This document shows, in pieces, positions 17,056 to 25,310 of a stretch of DNA of 57,993 nucleotides. The stretch covers positions 1 to 57,993 of the forward strand of contig JAXDOS010000150.1 in the NCBI GenBank assembly GCA_034668785.1. The letters are read 5' to 3'. This stretch comes from Alphaproteobacteria bacterium (GTDB lineage: Bacteria > Pseudomonadota > Alphaproteobacteria > Rhizobiales > Xanthobacteraceae). Below the pieces are notes generated by a model. It had not been told where the DNA came from and made no database searches. It worked only from the letters and a program-made list of their open reading frames with translations. Each line of letters starts with the position of its first letter. Within the stretch, counting starts at the first letter, position 1. A program made the translations under genes and the position numbers.

Positions 17056-19113
17056 TCAAGAAGCCACCGGTTTCGCTAATATCGTTCCCGGCACATCTTG
17101 CGTGCCCATGTCTTCTGACGACGGCGAGCGAAGGCCGCTCCAGGCAGCAATCGACAAAACCGCGGCAGCGACGAGCAGGAAATAGAGCGACGTCAAATAA
17201 GGCGAATGTCCGGAAAAAATCGACTGAATCCACGTGGCTTCGACAATTACCAACATTGTTATGCGCACGAAGATCGTGGCCCATAGCGCCAAAGCAAATA
17301 CGTAGCAGGGATTGAAGATAGCCGTTCGCCAATAAAACAGGGTCGAAACGAAGAAACCAATGATGCCTAAGGCAAGGACCGGGATGAAGACATAACTGTA
17401 GTGGGTGACGGCCTCCTCACGGAGGCCTTGGGCCGCGTTTTCCGCCAATGTAGCCTGGCTGCCGGGATCGGCCACTACCTCTGTCACGTCAAAATTGACC
17501 CGTCCAGAGCCAAGATCGAAACCAATGGGAGCTCGAAGATCTGCGAGCTTCCGTTCAACCACATCGCCTTCTGTGGTCTCAAATCGCAAGATGCAGTCTT
17601 CGCTGCAGTGGGTGTAAATAGAAAATCGCTGGCGTGTCGCTTCCGGATCCTTAAAGCCGGACGCGATGTCGGGGCTGTCGATGCGTTCAAATCGCAGGTC
17701 GGCGGCTGGAGCGACTGCTACTGTCATCCAGCTACGACCCGATTTGTAATACCAGCCGAGGAACCTGTAGCTCGCCGCGCGCGAAGGAATATCGACGGAG
17801 GCCGTGTGCGGCGGATAATTCAAGAAGCGAAGATGTGTCCCGAGACGTGCTTCATCACCGGAACTCGGATCCAGATGGATGGATGGCTGCAACATGACAA
17901 GTAAGTCGAGTACCTTGAGATAGCCTTGCGGAATTTGCGCAAACTGCTCCCGGTATACCTGGGGGATTTCGGCGATAAATTGAGGATTGCATTCCAGGTC
18001 GCCTCGGCTGCACGCTCCGGTAATTTCGTCGGCGACCCGCTCGAAGAATGCGGAAGCCTTGGCAGGGGACGTGTACTGACCCGCCGCCGCCGCTGCCTCG
18101 CGCAGCGCCCACAGGAAAACACTCGATCCGATATCGCCGCAACTCGTTGGCTGAAGCGGGCAGCTAATGCCGTCGTAGGCTTTACCGAGGTCTCCGTCGA
18201 GATAGATAGCCACGGACTTGAAGCTCGGGCTCACTTCATAGACCCGCTCGCGGGCGGTACGCGTAATCGGCACGAAGAGGCGATTTCCTCCGGAGAGCAC
18301 GCTGTTGATGGCCCCTAAGGCCCGTTGAAAATTCGCTTCCTTAGAATCGACGCTGACGAACTTTCCGTAAACCCACCAATTGACTGATCGAAACGCGATC
18401 TGTGTGCCCGCAAAAACAACAACGAACACTAGGCACGCCCCGGCGAACTCACGAACTGTCCGTTCACGCGTCGCCCGAAGCCCGCCGGCGGTCAGCAGGA
18501 TAGCGATCGCAGGCACCATCCAGACGCCGTCCTCTCGCGTAAGCCAAAACCATCCGAAAACGGCGCCACTGAGTGCACCGTAGAATGCACGCTCACGCCA
18601 GCCGGACGCCGACAAGCAGGCCCACGCCAGCGCTCCTACGAAGACTAAAATCTGCCCATAATAGATAGACTCGCGAATGATGCGCAGCAAAAACGGACCA
18701 ATGGCAATGGGGTGCCATAGCAGCAGGACAAAGAGCAGGCCCGACAGCACAAATGACTTCATGAACTTATGCGCGATCGCGACGAAGAACGCGATCGCCC
18801 CGCAATGAAACAGCGCATGCGACAACGAGACCGAAATCCCGAGCCAATTGGTGAGCGCGAGGAACGCCGGATATCCGGGTCCCTTCATTAGCGTGAATTG
18901 GTCGTATGGCCCGAGCCACCGGCCTTCTGCCAGATAGCGGCCAATTGTCATGAATAAGGTATCGTCGTGCGGGAAACTGGAGTTCACCGCCAAAGGCGTA
19001 TGCACGTACATGAGGACATAAATAAACCCCATGCCGATAATGAAGAGGCGGAAATACGTTGCGGAAAGCAAGCGAAAAGAGCTTGGAGACCCAGCGATCG
19101 ACTTTCCTGGCAT
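17056..19113 (-). CDS. large polytopic membrane protein, GT-C-like (ArnT/PMT-type) glycosyltransferase candidate
   Basis: 685 aa. It has about 9 N-terminal TM segments with FPHDDTLFM in the first predicted loop, a roughly 330-aa soluble middle domain and 3 C-terminal TM segments. The fold assignment is by architecture only. Confidence 0.45.
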   Translation of the reverse strand: MPGKSIAGSPSSFRLLSATYFRLFIIGMGFIYVLMYVHTPLAVNSSFPHDDTLFMTIGRYLAEGRWLGPYDQFTLMKGPGYPAFLALTNWLGISVSLSHALFHCGAIAFFVAIAHKFMKSFVLSGLLFVLLLWHPIAIGPFLLRIIRESIYYGQILVFVGALAWACLSASGWRERAFYGALSGAVFGWFWLTREDGVWMVPAIAILLTAGGLRATRERTVREFAGACLVFVVVFAGTQIAFRSVNWWVYGKFVSVDSKEANFQRALGAINSVLSGGNRLFVPITRTARERVYEVSPSFKSVAIYLDGDLGKAYDGISCPLQPTSCGDIGSSVFLWALREAAAAAGQYTSPAKASAFFERVADEITGACSRGDLECNPQFIAEIPQVYREQFAQIPQGYLKVLDLLVMLQPSIHLDPSSGDEARLGTHLRFLNYPPHTASVDIPSRAASYRFLGWYYKSGRSWMTVAVAPAADLRFERIDSPDIASGFKDPEATRQRFSIYTHCSEDCILRFETTEGDVVERKLADLRAPIGFDLGSGRVNFDVTEVVADPGSQATLAENAAQGLREEAVTHYSYVFIPVLALGIIGFFVSTLFYWRTAIFNPCYVFALALWATIFVRITMLVIVEATWIQSIFSGHSPYLTSLYFLLVAAAVLSIAAWSGLRSPSSEDMGTQDVPGTILAKPVAS

Positions 19114-19488
19114 ATAGCTCTAGTCCTTCGCCTGCAGAACGAGGCCTTTTAGGGTGCGCCCCGAGAAGTTACAAGTTGATGATCGACGGGCGGGCGCTAG
19201 GTGTCGGTCCTTCATGCGCAATTCCACGCATGGGCGTGAGCTAGCTTTCGCTCACGCATTGAAAAAGATATATTGAGCGAACACGCAATGCCGCGAATTC
19301 AATAACATGATGCCACAATCACTCCATCATTGCCATCTTTTATGGGAGAGGTGACTTAAACGTATGCGCGGTCTAACGTCTCTAGGAGTTCGTGGAGGAA
19401 AATTCCCAGAACTTTAATCCGCTCACCATGCACGGTCGCACGCAGTCACGGCGTGATGTCAGATTGCGGCCTTGAAGAGGAGTTCGCC

Positions 19489-21000
19489 ATGGCTGGTTGG
19501 ACAGTTAACGGGAACGACACTAATTTTTCGCTGTCGGGCAAAGTCGGCATTGGGACAACTACCCCGGCTCGGAAGCTTGAGGTTTCCGGCGATGATGTGA
19601 AGATAAGGGTCACCAACACGGTGTCGTCAAATATGGTGGAGTTCGGCTGGGATACCGGCAATCTGGCTGCTCTTTTTCAGGCAACAAACGGGAGCGACAT
19701 CAAGTTCTATAATGGACAATATGCGCTTACGATGCTCGGTAGCAATGGCAACGTCGGCATCGGGACCGGGGCACCAAGCGCTCAGCTACACATCAATTTA
19801 CCAACCCCCGCCACGCCGACAAATGATGTGCGACTCATCCAAAGATTTACGAGACCCCAGGATGTCGGCACTAAATGGGGCGGGGCTTTCGATATACTCT
19901 TGGGCAGTTACGGTACGGACGCGGCATCCAGAAGTCGTGTTGATTTCAAACTAGCAAATACAGAAACTAATCTACCCGACACAACTGTAATAACCATGAA
20001 CGCTAATGGTCATGTCGGCATTGGGACGACGATACCGCAGTCTCTTCTCCATATTGAAGGTCCTGGTTCTGCGGGCGTTATCAACTACCCCGCTGTAGCA
20101 AAAGTCGTTCATGGAAGTTCCACAACTCCAATCACAAGCAGTGTGGGTTCTTCGTTCGCTGTGATTAGGGAAGAAGCTGTTCCAGGAGGTTTAGGTCAAG
20201 GTGATGCGGCCATCTACGCACAAAATATCGGGCATGGTGGGCAGGGCGGCGCACCCGGAGACGGGATGCCAGTTGGCGTTGCAGCGTATGTGTACACCGC
20301 TGCGGATGGCGAGAGTGATTGCACAGCTCTTGTAGGCGTGGCCCGCACGGATAGTGCGGCCAACAATGCTCGTGCGGCTTTTGGTGCGTTCGTTCAAGCA
20401 GAAGCCACCGTTGGAAACAACATGGGCGCGATTGCCTGTGAAAGCCAAACGGTCAACAGCACGGGATTTAATTACAGATATAGCCCAGCCCAACCTACGA
20501 CAAACCTGATGGTCGGCTTCGATATTGGTTATGGGGGTACGGGCGGCACGACCGGCAGCGCGGGTGTGATGCTGCGAGCCTCACCTGGTTTGTGGGATGT
20601 TGGTTATGCTGTGATGGAATCTACGGTTGCCACCGCTGCCTTCATATCCCCCGGGTTCAAGGTCGATGCCTTGGGCAATCAACGGGCCTTGAGTAATACA
20701 ACGACATCCGACGAGCGGCTTAAGCATGATATAGTGCCGCTTAATGATGGAGCGCTCGAGAAGATAGTTGGAATACAGCCGGTTTCATTTAGGTTCAACC
20801 AAGAGCGCGATCCTTCCGATCGTTTGAGGACGCATGTCATTGGACAAGACGTTCTTCCGGTAATACCGGAGGCAGTTGTCCTCGACTCAGATGGCTTCTA
20901 TTCGGTTGATGATGGCGCAATTTTGGCCTACGCGATCAAAGCTATTCAGGAACTTACAGCGAGAGTAAGGATGCTCGAAGCATCAAGGGGATTACAGTGA
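19489..21000 (+). CDS. phage tail-fibre-like protein with a C-terminal Peptidase_S74 intramolecular chaperone (autoproteolytic) domain
   Basis: The track ORF 19453..21000 is trimmed to the ATG at 19489, preceded by GAGGAG. The motif G(K/N/H)VGIGT..P....L(E/H)(V/I) recurs three times in the N-terminal part. The C-terminus reads TTTSDERLKHDIVPL...IQPVSFRFN...HVIGQDVLPVIPEAV...VDDGAILAYAIKAIQEL, which matches the endosialidase/T5-fibre chaperone domain (about 20707..20997). No signal peptide is visible. Confidence 0.7.
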   Translation: MAGWTVNGNDTNFSLSGKVGIGTTTPARKLEVSGDDVKIRVTNTVSSNMVEFGWDTGNLAALFQATNGSDIKFYNGQYALTMLGSNGNVGIGTGAPSAQLHINLPTPATPTNDVRLIQRFTRPQDVGTKWGGAFDILLGSYGTDAASRSRVDFKLANTETNLPDTTVITMNANGHVGIGTTIPQSLLHIEGPGSAGVINYPAVAKVVHGSSTTPITSSVGSSFAVIREEAVPGGLGQGDAAIYAQNIGHGGQGGAPGDGMPVGVAAYVYTAADGESDCTALVGVARTDSAANNARAAFGAFVQAEATVGNNMGAIACESQTVNSTGFNYRYSPAQPTTNLMVGFDIGYGGTGGTTGSAGVMLRASPGLWDVGYAVMESTVATAAFISPGFKVDALGNQRALSNTTTSDERLKHDIVPLNDGALEKIVGIQPVSFRFNQERDPSDRLRTHVIGQDVLPVIPEAVVLDSDGFYSVDDGAILAYAIKAIQELTARVRMLEASRGLQ

Positions 21001-21068
21001 CACCTTGGTCCATCGGCTGCGTTTCCAGAGCCGAATATATCTTAACGGTGCCGCCATCGGCGCGTGCC

Positions 21069-21860
21069 TCATCCGAGGTGGGAGGGCGCAATAATAATAA
21101 TGTTGGAACTAAAAGGTCCTAGGGGCAAACCGGCGTATCGAAGGGTGGGGCGAGACCCCAGAGGCCATTCGCGGGCCAATTGATTCTTGCTGACAAAATC
21201 CAAATTCTCGATCTTGCTCCAATGGTGATATCCGGTCCCAGCGAGCGCCTTTCGAAAAAGCTGCGGTATGTAATGCAGTAATGGAATTCCGGTGTGATGC
21301 TCGATCGGGAACCACCCATTCGGGACGATAACAAAAATGGAACGGGCTACACGCATTGCTTCGGAGAAAAAGAACAGGCGTTGATCGGGGCCTCCGACAT
21401 GCTCCAGGACGGCGTTGGAATAGGCGATGTCGAAATGTCTGTCAGAAAACGGCAGAGGTTGGCCAGGCGTAAGCTGGGCAACTTTCACCTTTGGATACTC
21501 GCGCGAAATACTCGATCCATCCCCGATGATCCCGCAAGTGATGTTCTCGGGATACGGATAATTTTTCTCGAGTATATTTGCCTCGCGGGTGTCGTGATCG
21601 GAGGCACCGATGTCAAGGATTGTTGTAGAAGACGTCGGCTTCATCTCCGCGACAAACCTTGCATAGATGCGGTTCCGGGCGACGAGTGCAAGGCGCCTCT
21701 GAAGCGCAATCTTGCCCGCCCCTTCGTAATAGATAACGTCTGACGCCTTGCTCATATTGACCGTTGTAAGCCACGTTATTTGCATGAGTCCAGCGCGTTT
21801 TAGATTGAATTGCTTCCCCGCAGTCACCCAACTCGTCCAAACCCCCATTCCTGAGAACAC
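21069..21860 (-). CDS. class I SAM-dependent methyltransferase (start uncertain; ATG at 21785 or 21755 more likely)
   Basis: It has TILDIGASDHD, HFDIAYSNAVLEHVGGPDQ and RSIFVIVPN (Methyltransf_11-like). The first 25-35 codons of the maximal ORF look non-coding. Confidence 0.7.
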   Translation of the reverse strand: MFSGMGVWTSWVTAGKQFNLKRAGLMQITWLTTVNMSKASDVIYYEGAGKIALQRRLALVARNRIYARFVAEMKPTSSTTILDIGASDHDTREANILEKNYPYPENITCGIIGDGSSISREYPKVKVAQLTPGQPLPFSDRHFDIAYSNAVLEHVGGPDQRLFFFSEAMRVARSIFVIVPNGWFPIEHHTGIPLLHYIPQLFRKALAGTGYHHWSKIENLDFVSKNQLAREWPLGSRPTLRYAGLPLGPFSSNIIIIAPSHLG

Positions 21861-21892
21861 GAATTCTTGCGAGATCGCGGCTTTACGGATAA

Positions 21893-23596
21893 TTGGACAT
21901 GCGCGCCGACATGTTGGCGGGTGGTGGTCGTAAGGGGGCAGTCATGGGCGTCGATAAAATTCTTGGCTGGCGGTTTCCGCGAGGCTGCATCCCTGTCATC
22001 ACGATTGCTGCATTCGTGCTGTCGGGTTGCGTATGGGTGCTACGAGACCAGAGGGTTTGGTCGTATGACCAGGCGTATTATGGTCACTGGACTCTTCAAC
22101 TGTGGCATGCGGCTCAGACCGGACCGGCGGAGTGGTTGGAGACGATGGCCAACGCCCTTGGACAGATGCCGCCAATGCTGGTGTGGCTCGGCCAGGGTGT
22201 CTTGCCGGTGCGATACATCACCGGAGACACCGAATCTGCGCTGCCGCTGCTGACAATCCTCCTCGCCGCCGCAACACTTGCCCTGGTCTATCTCCTCGCG
22301 CGCCGTCTCGGCGCTGGTCGAATCGGAAGCCTGGCCGCGGTCATTGCATGCGCGGGGAGCCCGCTCTTTCTTGCATTCTCGCTTCTCTATCTGACCGAGA
22401 TGGCCCAAGCATTTTCCGTGGCGGTCACGATCTTCGTGGCCTGGCGTGCCGAGCGGCGATCGCTAACGCGGACACTGGCATTGTGTTTGTCGGCAACAGC
22501 TCTTGGTTTTCTCGCCAAGTCATCAAGCATCGTATTCTTGGTGCCTGTGTTGACCTATGTCGCCGTGGCGCTTTTCATTTCACGGGGCCGGCCGAAGTCG
22601 CGCACCAGCATCGCCGACATCTTATTGGTTGCCATGGCTGTCATGCTCTTAGCCGCGACCGCGACTTGGTACGCATTCAACTGGGAATCCATGGTTCAGC
22701 ATTTCGTCGGGGCGACGACCGGAGAGATGGCGCTCAACTATGGCTCTCGGGTCGAGCTTATCAAAAAGTTGAACTACTGGATCAGCTGGCTGGATCTATC
22801 CTTGTCGCCGATTAATTATGTATCGATCTGCATCGGCGTCCTGATCGTTGTCGCCATCGGCGCCGCTCTTGTCAGAGTGTTCTTACATTCGCCGTCCCAG
22901 TGGGCGCTGGCTGCCGTCGAGAATGGTACCTTGTTTGGTCTCGCCTTAGCGGGAATGCTGGTTGTCGTTATTCTCGCCTATTCGCTCCAGATGAACGAAG
23001 ATCCGCGGTTTCTAGCTCCTGCCATGCCGGTGGTAGCCGCACTGATCGGGTGGAGCTTCTCCATGATCGGCAGCAGGCTGGTCGCCGCAGTTGCAGTCCT
23101 TGGGCTGGCGGCGAATGCGGTGGCTGTCCATGCCTATGCGCACAACATCAATCCGTTTGGTCTCACGGTCCATCCCTGGCTGTTGCCAGTGGATGCCGTG
23201 GGCGTCGATAAGGCGCTCCTGACGCATGCGGTCCGTAGCACCTGCCGGAAGGATACCGCAAATTACGCGACCGTCATCGCGGTGAACTACACTCCGCTCA
23301 ACGCAAATTCCGCTAGCTTCTATTCGTTCAAGCAACGCGAAACATTAGCATATTTCTGCAACTACAGAAGCTTGAGCTTCTCAGTGCCAGAGTTCCAGCG
23401 CGCGCTCGACGAAATAATCGCGATGGCGCCAGCCTACGTGGTGACGGTCGCGCCCGAAAAGCAGTCGCCCGGCGATTTCGCAAATATTCACTCTCGTGCG
23501 CTGGCCGAATATTTGGCTAAAGATCCGCTATTTGAGCTGTCGCCGGATTCCGGCGACTATCTGCAGATCTATCGCAACAAGCGGGTCTTGCCGTGA
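21893..23596 (+). CDS. GT-C fold membrane glycosyltransferase candidate (family 39/83-like, ArnT/PMT type)
   Basis: 567 aa with at least 10 hydrophobic segments. WSYDQAYYGHW lies in the first loop, in the position of the DE/DD catalytic motif of GT-C enzymes. The C-terminal soluble domain is about 150 aa. The start may be the internal ATG at 21944. Confidence 0.55.
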   Translation: MDMRADMLAGGGRKGAVMGVDKILGWRFPRGCIPVITIAAFVLSGCVWVLRDQRVWSYDQAYYGHWTLQLWHAAQTGPAEWLETMANALGQMPPMLVWLGQGVLPVRYITGDTESALPLLTILLAAATLALVYLLARRLGAGRIGSLAAVIACAGSPLFLAFSLLYLTEMAQAFSVAVTIFVAWRAERRSLTRTLALCLSATALGFLAKSSSIVFLVPVLTYVAVALFISRGRPKSRTSIADILLVAMAVMLLAATATWYAFNWESMVQHFVGATTGEMALNYGSRVELIKKLNYWISWLDLSLSPINYVSICIGVLIVVAIGAALVRVFLHSPSQWALAAVENGTLFGLALAGMLVVVILAYSLQMNEDPRFLAPAMPVVAALIGWSFSMIGSRLVAAVAVLGLAANAVAVHAYAHNINPFGLTVHPWLLPVDAVGVDKALLTHAVRSTCRKDTANYATVIAVNYTPLNANSASFYSFKQRETLAYFCNYRSLSFSVPEFQRALDEIIAMAPAYVVTVAPEKQSPGDFANIHSRALAEYLAKDPLFELSPDSGDYLQIYRNKRVLP

Positions 23597-23772
23597 TGGC
23601 GTTGCGCCTCATCGGCGTCGCGCAAGCCTTCGTCGTAACCCGTCGCGCAAACAGATCACAGGCAATCAGAAGTCGTCGGGATGGGTTTATGCCCCACCGG
23701 CGACCTCTCCGCGGCACCGCTGTTACAGATGCCTTGCTGAGGACGGTGCGCGCGCATCCTCCACCTACACGA

Positions 23773-24684
23773 TTACGACTTCCTTCGGCGGAGCACGAAG
23801 GCATCCTGCCAACCTCGCAACCCGCCCGCCTGGAAGGTTATCGTCTCAAATAGATCAGACCACAGCGGCTCTGCCTTGTCGGGAGCGATGAAGGTGTTTC
23901 CGTAATCGTCACCGACCTTCGCGGCTTCGAGAACGGCGCTTTCGTATGGAACGAAAATCAGGCGCTCGGTGCGCAGCCGATCAATGATCGCCTGCGTCGA
24001 AGTCGCGTTGAGACAGAACATTTCTTGGTGAGCCTTCGATGCCTTGATGATGTCGAGAGCCGTCGGACCGTGCGTGGTGATCACAAGAATTCCACCGGGA
24101 GTGATGACACGGGCCAAATCATCGAGCCAGGCCCGTGCCGCGTGTTCGGGAAGGTGGGAAAAAACCGATAGCGAATAGGCAAAATCGATTGAACCATCCA
24201 GCAGCGCGAGGGGCGGACGCGTGCTGTTGCACACCGATATGACGTTGGGGAGATGGTCGAAACACCAGGCAATATGGTCGGGGTTCACGTCGGCTCCGAT
24301 CGTGCTGTATCGTTGCGATAGGCCGAGATATCGCGTCAGCCTGCCGCATCCACAGCCGAAATCGAGCACGCGGCGCGGATATGGGAGCGATGTGTCACCA
24401 TGAATCTCATATAAGCCGATGAGATAAGTGACATCGACCGCGCCGGTCCAGAGGAATACTTCCTCTTCGGGCGCAGCGACAATCGATCGGAGAGCGAGAG
24501 GTGGAATTGCGGGAAGTAGACTTCGCAACCTGCCTTCACAACCCGCTCCGATTGAATGCAGCCACTCCGCCCGTTTCTCGGTTGGGACAATATATAAGGC
24601 TGTTCGCACGTCGGCCCGGCCGGTTGCGATCTCCTCAAGCGCTAACCTCATTTCATCTGATGTAATCGAATTCAGAAAATCCAT
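23773..24684 (-). CDS. class I SAM-dependent methyltransferase
   Basis: 303 aa. It has RVLDFGCGCGRLTRYL, IDFAYSLSVFSHLPE and ITPGGILVITTHG. Confidence 0.75.
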   Translation of the reverse strand: MDFLNSITSDEMRLALEEIATGRADVRTALYIVPTEKRAEWLHSIGAGCEGRLRSLLPAIPPLALRSIVAAPEEEVFLWTGAVDVTYLIGLYEIHGDTSLPYPRRVLDFGCGCGRLTRYLGLSQRYSTIGADVNPDHIAWCFDHLPNVISVCNSTRPPLALLDGSIDFAYSLSVFSHLPEHAARAWLDDLARVITPGGILVITTHGPTALDIIKASKAHQEMFCLNATSTQAIIDRLRTERLIFVPYESAVLEAAKVGDDYGNTFIAPDKAEPLWSDLFETITFQAGGLRGWQDAFVLRRRKS

Positions 24685-25194
24685 GCCGAGCCCTCGCTAA
24701 GCGTCACTTCGCCTTGCATGATAGAGCCGATGCTGGAGGGCTACCAGCGCTCGTAAGAGAAAATTCAACTAAGCTCCCCTTCGATTCGTCAGAATTGAGT
24801 GGCCGCACGAGCACCATTCGGAAAGTGGCCATTCAGCGGGCGCTTCTGACGTGCCAGAGTCAATTGTCGAACGGGTCGACTCGAACGCGTGCGACTATCG
24901 TAAATATCATGCGCCGGATCAGTTGCCGTCCCTGTGGAATTCCTTTCGTTCTGGCCATTGCGGAATGTCCGCGCCGGGGCTGCGCTTCCCTCCGGAGACG
25001 GATTTCAATGGCATGCGGAAACAGTGGTCCAATTAGGCTGGTCGTGCCATTGCGCAGCCAGGGAATATCAATATTCTCTCATTTGCGGCGGTAAGTCGGT
25101 CTCCCACAAGCACTTAGATAGGAAAATGCCGAACCCCCCTAATCGATGGCAACTATTTTTGACTATTCGAGCTTGGATTTTTTTGCGCCTGCGC

Positions 25195-25223
25195 TTCAAT
25201 AAGGCACTTATTGCCCCTACAAT
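25195..25223 (+). promoter_or_regulatory. candidate promoter upstream of the methyltransferase-coiled-coil gene
   Basis: TTCAAT (25195..25200), a 17-nt spacer, then TACAAT (25218..25223), inside a roughly 620-bp apparently non-coding, lower-GC gap. Pattern match only. Confidence 0.25.
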
Positions 25224-25310
25224 AGCTAAAGTTTGCAGCATCGGATATTTTGGGGCACTGGAGGATATGAGAAGTCGGCAACTTACGTCTGGTTTGGCGG
25301 CTGCTGTTAT

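Noticed and set aside
19114-21068. Possibility that the tail-fibre-like gene marks a prophage or tailocin
   Set aside because: No capsid, tail-tube/sheath, baseplate, integrase, lysis or repressor genes were recognised anywhere in the 58-kb window. The gene is bracketed by polysaccharide genes, so it is treated as an orphan gene instead (see findings).
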